Source of the DNA: a virus
Taxonomy: Duplodnaviria; Heunggongvirae; Uroviricota; Caudoviricetes
Length of the DNA: 44,146 bases
Reading direction: 5' to 3' (one strand)
IMG/VR virus record: IMGVR_UViG_2698536573_000002
The notes beneath the pieces are model-generated. The model was not told where the DNA came from. It ran no database searches and saw only the letters and a program-made list of their open reading frames with translations. A program made the position numbers and the translations under genes. Below, piece after piece: positions 1-10,556 of this stretch (position 1 is its first letter; every line of letters starts with the position of its first letter).

Positions 1-695
1 GCGTCCTGTGCGGTGTATTTAGCGTTAGCCAGGTCATATGCTGCCTTAACAGCCTTAGGCGTCGCAGCAAGCGTTTCAGACGTGCTATTGGTGGCGCTGC
101 TAAGTTGAACAAAGCCTTTTGAGGTTAAAGTTGCATCAGGATGATTACGTGATTGCTCATGTTTCACAATGGCTTGCTTAAGCCGCTTTGCTGAAACAGC
201 AAGGGAATCATCTGTACCTGCATCAATTTCTTGTTCATTAGCAAATCTTGCAACCCCAACAACAGTTTCGGTCGCGGGAGGATTAATAAACTCAATATCA
301 CCAAATATAATATTTTTAGTATCAAGAGTCTTGATTGCTATGTCACTTGATATTAAAGCAATAGTAGATGATGCTTTATTTATTATTGCTTGTTCTTGCG
401 AGTATACAGCAAACAACGTTCCCTTATTTGTATACAATCCTATTGTATGGACAACATACTCATCTTTACTATCATCCTTCGCCGTTACATGAATTGTATC
501 AGGGGAAACAACTTTGCCACCTATTGTGGTAAGTCGTTTTATTTCGTTTGTTATATTTGTTTGTGAGGTTGACGTGACATAATATCTACCACCTAAACCA
601 ACAGAAACAATCTCAACTTTATTTGTTCCTGTTTTGTTGGCATTAACCAACTCCTGACGCCCGGCGTCAGTCATCGTAAATAATAATTTACTCAC
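1..695 (-). CDS. tail fibre protein, N-terminal constant part (partial; gene runs off window start)
   Basis: Minus-strand frame open from window edge to GTG at 693-695 with AGGA 7 nt upstream; translation ends ...HEQSRNHPDATLTSKGFVQLSSATNSTSETLAATPKAVKAAYDLANAKYTAQDA, which I recognise as the conserved N-terminal domain of P2 gpH-type fibres. Confidence 0.75.
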   Translation of the reverse strand, partial: MSKLLFTMTDAGRQELVNANKTGTNKVEIVSVGLGGRYYVTSTSQTNITNEIKRLTTIGGKVVSPDTIHVTAKDDSKDEYVVHTIGLYTNKGTLFAVYSQEQAIINKASSTIALISSDIAIKTLDTKNIIFGDIEFINPPATETVVGVARFANEQEIDAGTDDSLAVSAKRLKQAIVKHEQSRNHPDATLTSKGFVQLSSATNSTSETLAATPKAVKAAYDLANAKYTAQD

Positions 696-725
696 GCTTA
701 ATTCCTTGAATAAACAAATTGCGAA

Positions 726-1307
726 TTAACACTCGCCAATTAATCGTATATAAGACACAGGCTGACAAGCACCAACAATACCGACACCACCAGAAACATT
801 GGCTGCTTGCGAAAATGTAAATAATGTTCTTGCCGACTTTGCGCTCTTGATACTTCTTAACGTATCTTCCAACATCTCTTTCGAAGGAACGGCACCATCA
901 AAAGAGTTAATCGAAGCAACAATTGAGGCTGTATATGGTTCGCCAGGTGGTGATGTTTCAAACCATTCTATTATGTTTACCTCTCCCCCCAAGCTATTTA
1001 CTACATCTTCAACCGCTGCCCTTGTACCCTTTATTCGCTTTGTTCGTATTATTGATTTGAAAACAGAACGCTTTAACGATACAGGCCAACTATCCCTCCA
1101 TGTATCAGCATTCCATTGCCAAGCTAAATGATCGAGGACAACTGAATCCAGGTTATCAACAACGCTATATATTTCTGTCTTATATATTAAATTGTTAATT
1201 GCTTGTAGTTCATCATCGATAGCTTTCGACATAGCTATCACGTTGGGATCGCTAGCTAAGTTAGGAGGTAAAACATCCAACAAGCTAACATTAAAGATAT
1301 CAGCCAT
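726..1307 (-). CDS. tail/baseplate protein, P2 gpI-like
   Basis: 193 aa ORF directly upstream of fibre and downstream of baseplate J, overlapping J stop; position and size fit gpI. Confidence 0.55.
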   Translation of the reverse strand: MADIFNVSLLDVLPPNLASDPNVIAMSKAIDDELQAINNLIYKTEIYSVVDNLDSVVLDHLAWQWNADTWRDSWPVSLKRSVFKSIIRTKRIKGTRAAVEDVVNSLGGEVNIIEWFETSPPGEPYTASIVASINSFDGAVPSKEMLEDTLRSIKSAKSARTLFTFSQAANVSGGVGIVGACQPVSYIRLIGEC

Positions 1308-2424
1308 CCTCTAACCCCGCATACTGGCAATTTATATTTCTCTCTCTGGCGACCTGTGTCTCTCCAACCACAGTAAAAACAGGACTTGATATTTCTAATC
1401 TTTTAGCCCCAGCATTTTTTAAACGTTGAATAATTTCATCTGGATTTATATCTCTTCCCATAACCGAACGTTGCCATTGTTTATACTCATCAATAGCTTT
1501 CTCAACCTCACTTTGAATTAAAGTTGTTCTGTTTTTGTCCGATGAGTTAATCCAGTATTTAATTATTATATCGTATTCAATGCTCTCTGGTTTCTTAACA
1601 AGAACTTTATCTGTGAATGGTCGAATATTAGTTGCAGAGAGAACGCTATTTATCTGCTCTAATAGTTCATCAGAAGGTATATCTCCGTTCTCTAACAAAG
1701 AACGGATTTCTACAATTCCGGGCGATGGTGTATATACATTCACATCTTTTATATTCTGATTGGCTGTTCTTGTCCAATATTTATAAGAATCCTCCGGCCC
1801 TGCTGTAGACAGTTTTTCCGGCGACAGTTTTATTCTTTCAGCATAATTATCATCTGACTCCGTATCAGCACCAGAATTAGATGTTGTTACATTCCTTACG
1901 CTGGAAACATACGGCAACGGAGTCACCAACTCATTTATTTGCCCTGGTAAAAAGCCATTCCCAGATAAACCAGGTATAACAGCATATCCTGAGACTGTAC
2001 CAACTGTTTTCCCAGCAGGTATTTCCAACAAAATATCTGTTTGGAAAATAACACCATTTCCAGTTGAAACTTGAGTGCCAGCAGGTATTGTATATATCCC
2101 CGATAATTTTGTTGACAGATTAAACTCAAATGTAGTCAAGGCAGATTGAGCTTCCAGCCTAGGCGTATCCGTCAGATAGCCTATATGGTCGAGATATTCA
2201 CCTTCACCATATGTAAGAAGGTTTTGTTTTGCAGAAAAATCGATAGCTTTTCTTTGCTGTATAATAATCTCACACAATGATAAGATGAATAATCTACGTG
2301 GATCAGCAGGTGCTAATGTTTCACCTGTTATACTCTCAAAAGCCCTGATTGAACGAGTTGTTATATCAGTCGGGTTAGAATCTGCGAAAGTAATATCTGG
2401 CAAACCACCACGCGGCAACGTCAT
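1300..2424 (-). CDS. baseplate assembly protein J
   Basis: 374 aa; order W-J-I-fibre typical of P2-like baseplate; overlapping stops/starts indicate operon. Confidence 0.7.
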   Translation of the reverse strand: MTLPRGGLPDITFADSNPTDITTRSIRAFESITGETLAPADPRRLFILSLCEIIIQQRKAIDFSAKQNLLTYGEGEYLDHIGYLTDTPRLEAQSALTTFEFNLSTKLSGIYTIPAGTQVSTGNGVIFQTDILLEIPAGKTVGTVSGYAVIPGLSGNGFLPGQINELVTPLPYVSSVRNVTTSNSGADTESDDNYAERIKLSPEKLSTAGPEDSYKYWTRTANQNIKDVNVYTPSPGIVEIRSLLENGDIPSDELLEQINSVLSATNIRPFTDKVLVKKPESIEYDIIIKYWINSSDKNRTTLIQSEVEKAIDEYKQWQRSVMGRDINPDEIIQRLKNAGAKRLEISSPVFTVVGETQVARERNINCQYAGLEDG

Positions 2425-2741
2425 TCTCTAACTCCTATCACAAGTTTTGGCCTAATAAAACCATCAGAAACGTCCGTTCTTTCAAAAGTAACAGAATGGA
2501 TAATCGCTCTAGGCTCAAACTCACTAATTTTTTGAATTATTTCTCGTGTTGCTGTAGCAATAAAAATTGGACTGGGGCTATCAACAAGACTTGAATTAAC
2601 TCCTAATTTTCTGGCATATGGTACAGTGCCAATCTGAGTGTTAATAATAGTAGAGACATTTTGCAAAACTTCTTCTACAACTGTTTTGGGCGACCAATCA
2701 ATCGAGTAAGAAGGTGATAATATGGTAAACGTATTATTCAT
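2421..2741 (-). CDS. baseplate wedge protein W (gp25-like)
   Basis: 106 aa, position between spike and J. Confidence 0.65.
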   Translation of the reverse strand: MNNTFTILSPSYSIDWSPKTVVEEVLQNVSTIINTQIGTVPYARKLGVNSSLVDSPSPIFIATATREIIQKISEFEPRAIIHSVTFERTDVSDGFIRPKLVIGVRE

Positions 2742-3205
2742 AATAATTTACCTAACGCACTTCTAGTTTTTGACTCTATATTGCCAGCAATATCAACTAA
2801 TGCTTCTTTCAGAGAGGTCTGTCCGACTTCCTGTAATTTAATGCCGACGATAATCACTCGCGGATTCCCAGTTGGACCGAAATAAGTCCATGATTCCTCT
2901 ATATCTGTAATTATAAAATTACCAAAATACTGAATACCAATTACAACAGGATTTACTTCCTGAATTGATTGCATCGTCCTAAGTAATGAAAGCGCAGCCA
3001 ATGGAACAATGCCAAGTGTTGTATCCAACCGCATATTAAAACTAACTTCATCCAGATCTGGACCTATATCCTCCAGAACAGGTTTAAGCCCAATAACATC
3101 ATGGCGCGCTACACGACGCTTTGACGTCCTTTTAAAATTGTTGAACGTATTCACTACTATTGATGAGGCAACAAAAGGCATTGTACCAAGCATACCCACA
3201 ATCAT
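2738..3205 (-). CDS. hypothetical tail/baseplate-associated protein
   Basis: 155 aa ORF coupled between V-like and W-like genes; no family recognised. Confidence 0.3.
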   Translation of the reverse strand: MIVGMLGTMPFVASSIVVNTFNNFKRTSKRRVARHDVIGLKPVLEDIGPDLDEVSFNMRLDTTLGIVPLAALSLLRTMQSIQEVNPVVIGIQYFGNFIITDIEESWTYFGPTGNPRVIIVGIKLQEVGQTSLKEALVDIAGNIESKTRSALGKLL

Positions 3206-3822
3206 GCCTGAGCCTCCGTTGTCGGAGCGTATTCCCCCTGAGCTGTGTGATGGTGGCCTTTAGATTTAATCCCATCAACATCTATATCACCACCAACAAC
3301 CTTAACATTCCCAGAAATTGTAGCTGCAACACCTCCAGCAGAAGATCCTTTCATTCCACCTTTGAAGGTTAGTAATCCTTCAACTGTAGCATTTCCGGTA
3401 ATGATGGTTTCTGGAGCATCAATAGTTACGGTTCCTGTAGCCTTAACGGTTACATCTCCGACAGCATCAACAAGGAGTAAATTAGATTCTCTGTCTATCT
3501 CAATACGAGTTCCGTTATTAAATCTAATTACGCGTTTATTAACAGTATTAGATGGCGGCTTCTGTGTTTCATCATAAAAACTACCAAGAATAAAACCTTG
3601 TTGCGGCCCTGCGGGATGAAAGATACACAAAACTTGCTCACCAATATCTGGCATCCAGTAATCAGCATTCTTATCTGTATTTTTCACAATAACTGATAAC
3701 TTTGCCGAAGTGACGTTATCCTGATCATCGAAAGTAACTCTTGCTGTAACATCACCATCATCAATATCAGAAACAACGCCAACTCTTATAGTCTGACGTA
3801 ATAATGTTTCTAAATCATTCAT
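3202..3822 (-). CDS. baseplate spike/assembly protein V
   Basis: 206 aa; gpV-like layout with C-terminal GNVKVVGGDIDVDG repeat-like segment and His-rich tip (GHHHT). Confidence 0.65.
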   Translation of the reverse strand: MNDLETLLRQTIRVGVVSDIDDGDVTARVTFDDQDNVTSAKLSVIVKNTDKNADYWMPDIGEQVLCIFHPAGPQQGFILGSFYDETQKPPSNTVNKRVIRFNNGTRIEIDRESNLLLVDAVGDVTVKATGTVTIDAPETIITGNATVEGLLTFKGGMKGSSAGGVAATISGNVKVVGGDIDVDGIKSKGHHHTAQGEYAPTTEAQA

Positions 3823-3824
3823 AA

Positions 3825-4826
3825 TTAATACCCATTAATTACTCTTCGGACATCAATCGAGGTGGTATAACCACTAGCCCCAATTGAATGCACAGCTTTC
3901 GATATAAGATATTTTCCAGAAAATGAACCGAATCCGTCCAGATTTATAGTTACACCAGCTACCAATCTGGTGTCTCCAACCAAAACTAAAGATCCGGTAT
4001 TTTGATATCTATTTTTAAGCCGCAAAGCAGCCTTTGCCTTACGTTTTGCTTCATCTAAATTAGCTACCAGTTTTCTTATCTTAAGATTCGCCCCTTCTTC
4101 TACGGATGGATCTACCCAAGTATACGAAAGCGACTTTCTTTTTTTAGGTACGCGATATTTGCACGTGCAACTTTTATACAAATCTGTAGATTGTGTGCTA
4201 AAGCTATATCTGATTATCTCATCAATACCTAACGTAAGCGTAGCGATAGGATCTTTTTGCTCAAACATCTCTTGAGCAAATATTATTAATTGGCTATCAG
4301 TGACCTTTAACGACACCCCTTCATCCTGGCAAAGTCGATGGAGAAATTTTAAATCGCTTTCCTCCATTTGATCTTCACGCGCATAATATGGATTACTATC
4401 ACCATCAATAAGAAACAACAGTTCAAGGTTAGCTAATTTAGCTATAGAAGTCGCTATATCTTTAAGAGTTGTTTTTTCCCATGCATTACTTTTTAAATCA
4501 CGTCTAATGCCTGATGAAACAGGAACAGAAACAGCAGTCACCTCAACAACAGAAGGTGGTCCAGAGCAAGTTATGCCATCCACCTGGAATTTCCCACACT
4601 CAAGGACGATTTGATTTATAGGCTTAAAGCTCAAATCAATAAAATCACCCTTTTTAGGTGTCCAGTCTCCAGACCATTTCCCATCATCATTTTTTAATAT
4701 AATGGAAATATCATCGACCTGACCATCTTCATTATCTGTATAAGACATTGACAAAACATCAGGTGACATATGAGCGGTAATATTTACATTCTGATATACA
4801 ACATCAAAAAGCGTTTTACGTAACAC
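3825..4826 (-). CDS. tail protein D (late control D family)
   Basis: 333 aa ORF immediately downstream of tape measure and X-like gene, as in P2 T-U-D order. Confidence 0.55.
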   Translation of the reverse strand: MLRKTLFDVVYQNVNITAHMSPDVLSMSYTDNEDGQVDDISIILKNDDGKWSGDWTPKKGDFIDLSFKPINQIVLECGKFQVDGITCSGPPSVVEVTAVSVPVSSGIRRDLKSNAWEKTTLKDIATSIAKLANLELLFLIDGDSNPYYAREDQMEESDLKFLHRLCQDEGVSLKVTDSQLIIFAQEMFEQKDPIATLTLGIDEIIRYSFSTQSTDLYKSCTCKYRVPKKRKSLSYTWVDPSVEEGANLKIRKLVANLDEAKRKAKAALRLKNRYQNTGSLVLVGDTRLVAGVTINLDGFGSFSGKYLISKAVHSIGASGYTTSIDVRRVINGY

Positions 4827-5034
4827 TATTGCGTCTCCACGGAGGCAAATTATTTACTGATATTGGCATAACCGGAGCATCAGGAACTTTAAGAATAATT
4901 CCCGCAGAAAAAAGCACCGTAAAGCGGTGCTCAGTATTAGCATCAATAAGAAGATAAGACAGGTACTCATTACCATACAACTTTAACGCGATACTATCCC
5001 ATGAGTCCCCTTGAACCGTTCTATAATCATCCAA
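4816..5034 (-). CDS. tail protein X-like (LysM-like small tail protein)
   Basis: 72 aa, overlaps tape measure stop; small LysM-like tail protein pattern. Confidence 0.45.
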   Translation of the reverse strand: MDDYRTVQGDSWDSIALKLYGNEYLSYLLIDANTEHRFTVLFSAGIILKVPDAPVMPISVNNLPPWRRNSVT

Positions 5035-7819
5035 AACTTAATCTCCGTTGTTGGAACATATGAGCACTCAATTTCTTCTCAAAATCAGAATATCCCGCAT
5101 CTAATGCTCTTTTAGCTGCCGCCTCAGTTTCCTTTGGTGAACCAGCCGGAAGATTGATTACAGGTGAATAGGTTATTCCACCAGTCACAGCGTTAACGTT
5201 CTGGCGAGGTCCAGAAGTCCCGGCGGCAGATATCCCGTGAGGTGATAAATTTGATTGCCCGAACTTGGTTGCTATTGCATTCTGTAAGCTGTTATTCCTG
5301 CTAACACCTGATGCCAGAGTAGTCATTATTGCACCACCTGACTTTGTTAGCTGTGAGAATGGACCTTTTTTCGCGTCAGAGAACGGTAAATACTCACGTA
5401 CAGAAGAAAAAACGCCTTTCACTTCATTAATTAAAGCATTTGCTTTTGATTTTATCCCAGTGATTAACGTCTCAATTATTTTTGCACCTGACTCACTCCA
5501 GTTTATTCCAGATAAATAAGCCGTTACAGATTGGAATGCTCTTATAAAGAGTCCAACTGGTGAAAAACGCATAAAAACAGATACCAGTGTATCTATGATT
5601 TTCTTTCCTGTTTCGCTCCAGTTAACACCAGAAAGATAATTTTTTACATATTTAAACGCTTTAATTAATAACGGAAGCGGAGACATCCATTTAAAAGCAC
5701 TAATTAATGTACTGTAAATCTTTACTCCTGCCGAACTCCAGTTTATATTGGAAAGATAATCCCATGCTTTACCAAACATGGATATAATCCATCCATTGAG
5801 ATCAAAGTTTAAGATAAAGTTTTTTATAGTCTCAAAAGACTTAACAGTGTAATCCTTAATAGCAGGCCAAACTTTTGATGCACATTCTTTTATTTTATCC
5901 CAATTCTGATACAACAATATACCTAACGCCACAATGGCTGATATGGCCATCTGAATCCACCCGAAAGGGGTTAGCTTTGTCGCTACAGATAAAGCCAGCA
6001 TAGCTACCCTACACGCTATAACCACACTTTTCATGGTTAGAAACGCACCTGCCGCCATCACAATCTGAGAAACAAAATTGGGGTTGTTAGCTACAAATTC
6101 ACTGATTTTTGTAATCAGCGGAACCAAAACACTAAGCGCGGCATTTAAAGCAGGTTGCAAGGCCTGACCAAAACTTAATGATGCATTGCTAGCCTGAATA
6201 CGTAATTGTTTCAATCGCTCCGCATTATCTTTCGTTATGTTGGCAAAATCGCGGTCAATAACAGCACTTCCAGCTCCAAGAGATGTTGCTTTGATTCTCT
6301 GGTATTCCTTCCAGTTTTGAATCATCGGACGAACAAAGTTCTGAACCTGCATATCGCCAAATAGCTCACCAAGTAACTTCTGATCTCCGTTCTTAGTCAT
6401 TTTCATGACAGAATGCATTGCAGCTTCGAATGGATTCTTCCCTTTTTTCTGCGCTGTTGTGACAATTTTATATAAATCTACACCGAAATTTTTCTTTGCT
6501 TTTTTTAGTGTTTCAGGGGAAAGTATTTTCGCCAAAAAGTTGTTCATATTATTAGCAGCCTCATCCGAAGTTGCAGCACCTTTGCGAGCTATCTGCAAAG
6601 CTGCCCCCATCGTCGCGGCGGCTTCTTTACCTCCCATTTTTAATGCCTGGAACTGAGCACCAAGCACAGGAAGATTTTTGGCCATATCTTTAAATTCAAA
6701 GTTTCCCTCTTTCCCTGCCTGAACCAGAATCCCCATTGCAGACTTCATTTGAGATGGATCAATCTTCAATGAGTCACTTAATGTAAATGATGCTTTCGAG
6801 ACATCGAGGATATCAGAGCCAGTAGCTGTAGCTGTTCGCCCAATAGTTAGTAGATTCGCCTGAGCCTCTTTATAATCCTGCCCAGCAGCGACAAGAAAAC
6901 CCTGAGCGGCCTGAATATCAGATGCAAACTGGTTGGTGGCCGTTCCGGTAACAAGCATCGCCTGCCCCATCGCCTGAACTTCTTCCGGCTTCATATCTGC
7001 CGTAAGACCAATCATTTTGTTTTCACGATTGAAATTTGCTGCATTGTTAGCAGCAGCAAATGCACCAGCCGCTACAGCACCAGTTTGTAATCCTGACCTT
7101 ACAAGTTGACTCTTTGCCTCACCAAGATGCTCTCGCTTCAATTCACGCTGCCTTTCCAACGCGCGGTTTAACTCCTCCTGAGCACGTTTTACTGCAAGAA
7201 CATTTTTCCGTGCTTCAGCCAACGCATTTTTATAGCTGTTAATTTTATCAATACGTTGTTTTTCTAATGCCCGGTTAAGTTCCTCCTGCTGTTTTTTCAC
7301 TTGCTGAACATTTGCTCTGGCTAAAGCCAAAGCCGTTCTGTAGCGGTTAACCTGCTCAACGCTACGGGCCTGAGCCTCACGATTACGATCAATGCTGGCT
7401 TTAAGCTCTTTCTCTCTTGAGGCCAAAGCTCTGGCAGATGTATCAGCTCCCTGATAGGCAGACTTTAAAGCGGCCAGTTCTTCACGCTGAGAACGTAGTG
7501 ATGCTCGTAAATTCGATGAATGTGTTTTTGCCTTCTCAAAGTCACGAAGCATCGCTCTGGTTGGATTGGCCGTGTTTTTTATTTGCTTCTGTAACTCTTC
7601 AACGCGAGCGGCAGCTTTATGATATTCGAGGGCAGTCTGTCCAACCTTTACTTTTACAGATTGTAGCTTTTGAATTTCCCCATGTTCTTTCGTTAATCCA
7701 GCAAGCTCGGCATTTAATTTAGCAACAGCCTGATTAGCTGTAGTAAAACTTTTGGGGAGAGAGGCGGCAACTTTGCCGCCAATTTCAAAAGCCAGCTTAA
7801 AGTTCTTATTGCTGGCCAT
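5027..7819 (-). CDS. tail tape measure protein
   Basis: 930 aa; long coiled-coil N-terminal half with KAQ/ELNRALE repeats, hydrophobic central segment, located after tail chaperone. Confidence 0.85.
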   Translation of the reverse strand: MASNKNFKLAFEIGGKVAASLPKSFTTANQAVAKLNAELAGLTKEHGEIQKLQSVKVKVGQTALEYHKAAARVEELQKQIKNTANPTRAMLRDFEKAKTHSSNLRASLRSQREELAALKSAYQGADTSARALASREKELKASIDRNREAQARSVEQVNRYRTALALARANVQQVKKQQEELNRALEKQRIDKINSYKNALAEARKNVLAVKRAQEELNRALERQRELKREHLGEAKSQLVRSGLQTGAVAAGAFAAANNAANFNRENKMIGLTADMKPEEVQAMGQAMLVTGTATNQFASDIQAAQGFLVAAGQDYKEAQANLLTIGRTATATGSDILDVSKASFTLSDSLKIDPSQMKSAMGILVQAGKEGNFEFKDMAKNLPVLGAQFQALKMGGKEAAATMGAALQIARKGAATSDEAANNMNNFLAKILSPETLKKAKKNFGVDLYKIVTTAQKKGKNPFEAAMHSVMKMTKNGDQKLLGELFGDMQVQNFVRPMIQNWKEYQRIKATSLGAGSAVIDRDFANITKDNAERLKQLRIQASNASLSFGQALQPALNAALSVLVPLITKISEFVANNPNFVSQIVMAAGAFLTMKSVVIACRVAMLALSVATKLTPFGWIQMAISAIVALGILLYQNWDKIKECASKVWPAIKDYTVKSFETIKNFILNFDLNGWIISMFGKAWDYLSNINWSSAGVKIYSTLISAFKWMSPLPLLIKAFKYVKNYLSGVNWSETGKKIIDTLVSVFMRFSPVGLFIRAFQSVTAYLSGINWSESGAKIIETLITGIKSKANALINEVKGVFSSVREYLPFSDAKKGPFSQLTKSGGAIMTTLASGVSRNNSLQNAIATKFGQSNLSPHGISAAGTSGPRQNVNAVTGGITYSPVINLPAGSPKETEAAAKRALDAGYSDFEKKLSAHMFQQRRLSFG

Positions 7820-7824
7820 TAGTA

Positions 7825-8007
7825 TTAATCCTCATTAAACACGTCAATCCATGCGACGATTCGCCTCAACCGAAGCGAAAGCCAGTAGGATATAGGTGTT
7901 GATTGAGATGATTGAGATAGAGAACTCGCGGCCCTCATTATTTGCTTATCAATAGGTTTTTGCTCATCAAAACCTACGAGAGCAAAAAATTCTGTACCTT
8001 TTGACAA
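7825..8007 (-). other. -1 frame extension of tail chaperone; slippery heptamer T_TTT_TTG at 7989-7983 (minus strand)
   Basis: Zero frame reads ...Q N F L L S stop; -1 frame continues ...E F F A L V G F D E Q... to 7825; heptamer fits X_XXY_YYZ. Confidence 0.5.
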
Positions 8008-8255
8008 ACTTTAACAAAGTCTTTCGCTGGTAATCCATTCAGATACTCTATTGGACGACCAATACAGCGAGCAGCCAAGGCTGCATGGACTTTATTATCA
8101 AGTGATGTTTGAACTGAAACATGCCCTTGAGATTGCAGTAAGTCCGATACCTCTAAAATATCACTGCCTTTTAGGTTGTCTAAATCAAGGTTGAGTTCAG
8201 TCACCGGCTCAAAGTCTTCAAAACGATATTCTTTACTTAATTTAACGGTTTCCAT
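7974..8255 (-). CDS. tail assembly chaperone (short form)
   Basis: 93 aa ORF between tube and tape measure; overlapped by -1 frame ORF 7825-8007. Confidence 0.6.
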   Translation of the reverse strand: METVKLSKEYRFEDFEPVTELNLDLDNLKGSDILEVSDLLQSQGHVSVQTSLDNKVHAALAARCIGRPIEYLNGLPAKDFVKVCQKVQNFLLS

Positions 8256-8264
8256 TTTGTCACC

Positions 8265-8786
8265 TTATAAACCTAAATCATCACGAACGCTTTTTAATAT
8301 ATCTTCACCATCAAAGATACAAATAAAGTTCAACTTATCAATTTCCAGGACTTCTTTCCCATCAATAAATAATTTGATATAGAGAACTTCAAATTCATTC
8401 TCTGAATCAGTAGCCTTTGCCACCTGTAGCGAACCTAAATCCAGTTTTTTAGGATTTAGCTTCATTGAAGCCCGAATAGGAACCGTTTTATATTTTCCTG
8501 TTCCTGCATCATAAACCTGCTGGCTACCGCGAAAATCTACCTGATGCGATGAGGATAGAAATAATTTTGTACCAGCAGAGGTCAGAGTTCGCCATTTAAG
8601 AGAGACAGTCATTGGTTTGAAATGCCCCAGCGTTCCGCTCTCAAGCTCTCCAGCGATACCTGCACCACTAACAGTTTCTGTCATCATCTCAATTGATGGC
8701 AGCTTTGCGTCAGCAACACCGATAATACGGTTTCCCTCACCGTATACTGTAAAGTTAATAAGTCTCTCAGGAATTTGATTGCTCAA
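8265..8786 (-). CDS. tail tube protein
   Basis: 173 aa directly downstream of sheath gene. Confidence 0.7.
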   Translation of the reverse strand: MSNQIPERLINFTVYGEGNRIIGVADAKLPSIEMMTETVSGAGIAGELESGTLGHFKPMTVSLKWRTLTSAGTKLFLSSSHQVDFRGSQQVYDAGTGKYKTVPIRASMKLNPKKLDLGSLQVAKATDSENEFEVLYIKLFIDGKEVLEIDKLNFICIFDGEDILKSVRDDLGL

Positions 8787-8802
8787 AGCAACCTCCTATT
8801 AT

Positions 8803-10266
8803 TTATTCAGAAAACAAGTTCAGCAGATAATCAGGATTATATTCCATGACGAACTCAATATCTCTGGCAGGTGAGAATGGTGTCATTTTTACATGGAATT
8901 TAACAATCCCGTCCATTAATGACGTAATCGTGTTTTCAGACTGATCAAAGGTAACAACACCACCTGCAATATCCTGATTACCTGTGAGGCCGTTAAGCCA
9001 AATATTCGCACTTGTAACAATCGATTCAATTAATCGACGGTTTGCAGGATTGTCTATTTTTGACCAATGCGAAAGAATTAACGTATTACCCACCCAGTTA
9101 AACATACGTCGGCAAACACGAAATGCGTCTTTGGGGTCTGTAGATGTTGGATAAATAGCATTACGGTTTCCCCATGATTTCCAACCATCAAAATTAAGGC
9201 TTGTTACAATCCCCTGTCCATTTAAGTAGTTTGCCTGACTAATGTTAAGCCATACTTCACTGCCATCTTTACGTACAGCACCGTCCATCTGTAGTTTTAT
9301 ATTTGACGGAGAACGTGATGGAATATCACCATACTGACTATCCAGCAAGCATGTTGCGGCCGCTAAATGGGTTGAGTGATGGTAAATATTGTCACCAAGT
9401 TTCACCATCGGCCAGCACACTGTCTGGTTAGCGGCCATGTGATTATTGTTCTGTTTCCATTCAGGAACAGCCGAGTAATCACTGATAGTAGATTTATCGG
9501 TCGGCGCATCCGTTATAGCTTCTGCTTTGAACAATTCACTAATCAGCGCGGCTTTAGCCGCCATTAGCTGACCAACTTCACTATCAGAACTAAATCCAGG
9601 TGCAATCACTTGTCCAGGAACTAACTTGAAGCGGGGATACACATCTGACAGTAACTCAAGCCCTGTATTGGCTTTAGTGTTGGAATCCACACCACCGATA
9701 ATGTCATTTTTAGTTACGGCACCGGGATCAAGATGCGTATAACTAACCTTAAGAGTAGCGTCTTTTTCGGTAATTTTTCCTCCGCTAATAGCTGTAATGA
9801 CCGTATAGCCATTATCATCCAGCGCCAGCACATAATCGGTATCAAGCGTTAACCCAGGCGAATCACCATCTGCTTTTTTCACAACAACAGATTTATATAA
9901 GACACCATCGTTAGAGAGCGTACCTTTCCCGCCAGAAAGTTTTACTAACTCATCAGTAACGTCTTTCTTATGTTTTGCTGGATCAAGCACATTGATAAAT
10001 ACAACTGGCGCAACACCATATATTCCAAATGCGACTTTAATTACTTCGCTTAAAGTATATTTCTCGAAGTTTGTGCTATATCCTATTTTAGATACGGCCT
10101 CTGCGTATGTATAAGCAATGATAGGTTTATTTACCGCTGAGGCTGGATCTTCTAACTGATTAACAGGAGCCGTACCAAATGCGACAATCAACCCAGCACT
10201 AACTTGCACTGGAGGAGTTATAGATGTAGCCAGTTCAGATATATAAGTACCGTGGCGATATCCCAT
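8803..10266 (-). CDS. contractile tail sheath protein
   Basis: 487 aa; size and position (sheath-tube-chaperone-TMP) typical of myovirus tail module. Confidence 0.8.
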   Translation of the reverse strand: MGYRHGTYISELATSITPPVQVSAGLIVAFGTAPVNQLEDPASAVNKPIIAYTYAEAVSKIGYSTNFEKYTLSEVIKVAFGIYGVAPVVFINVLDPAKHKKDVTDELVKLSGGKGTLSNDGVLYKSVVVKKADGDSPGLTLDTDYVLALDDNGYTVITAISGGKITEKDATLKVSYTHLDPGAVTKNDIIGGVDSNTKANTGLELLSDVYPRFKLVPGQVIAPGFSSDSEVGQLMAAKAALISELFKAEAITDAPTDKSTISDYSAVPEWKQNNNHMAANQTVCWPMVKLGDNIYHHSTHLAAATCLLDSQYGDIPSRSPSNIKLQMDGAVRKDGSEVWLNISQANYLNGQGIVTSLNFDGWKSWGNRNAIYPTSTDPKDAFRVCRRMFNWVGNTLILSHWSKIDNPANRRLIESIVTSANIWLNGLTGNQDIAGGVVTFDQSENTITSLMDGIVKFHVKMTPFSPARDIEFVMEYNPDYLLNLFSE

Positions 10267-10556
10267 TATTTAATCTCCATGATAGAAGAAGAAACTCTAG
10301 AGTACATTACATACTCGACACTGGTTTTATCAGAAAGTCTTTTCTCTGCATCTGCAAAATCACTGGTTGCCACAAACAAACACTTTGCACCAGGAATATG
10401 TGATATTAATTTTTTACACTCTGGAGATAAGCCATTCTTAAATAGTTTATGCTTCAAAATTGAGAGTTGAGGGATTGTTGGTCCTATATATACAAATGTT
10501 TGAGCAACATCGTCCTTCTTTTCTATATCTTCTTTACTACTTTTCTTATTAGCCAT
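10266..10556 (-). CDS. hypothetical protein (head-tail region)
   Basis: 96 aa ORF coupled to neighbours. Confidence 0.3.
   Translation of the reverse strand: MANKKSSKEDIEKKDDVAQTFVYIGPTIPQLSILKHKLFKNGLSPECKKLISHIPGAKCLFVATSDFADAEKRLSDKTSVEYVMYSRVSSSIMEIK

Noticed and set aside
169-492. Plus-strand 107-aa ORF
   Set aside because: Lies antisense inside the well-supported tail-fibre coding region; low-complexity translation; no RBS.
5265-7722. Several plus-strand ORFs (5265-5519, 6405-6656, 7060-7242, 7417-7722)
   Set aside because: All lie antisense within the 930-aa tape-measure gene.
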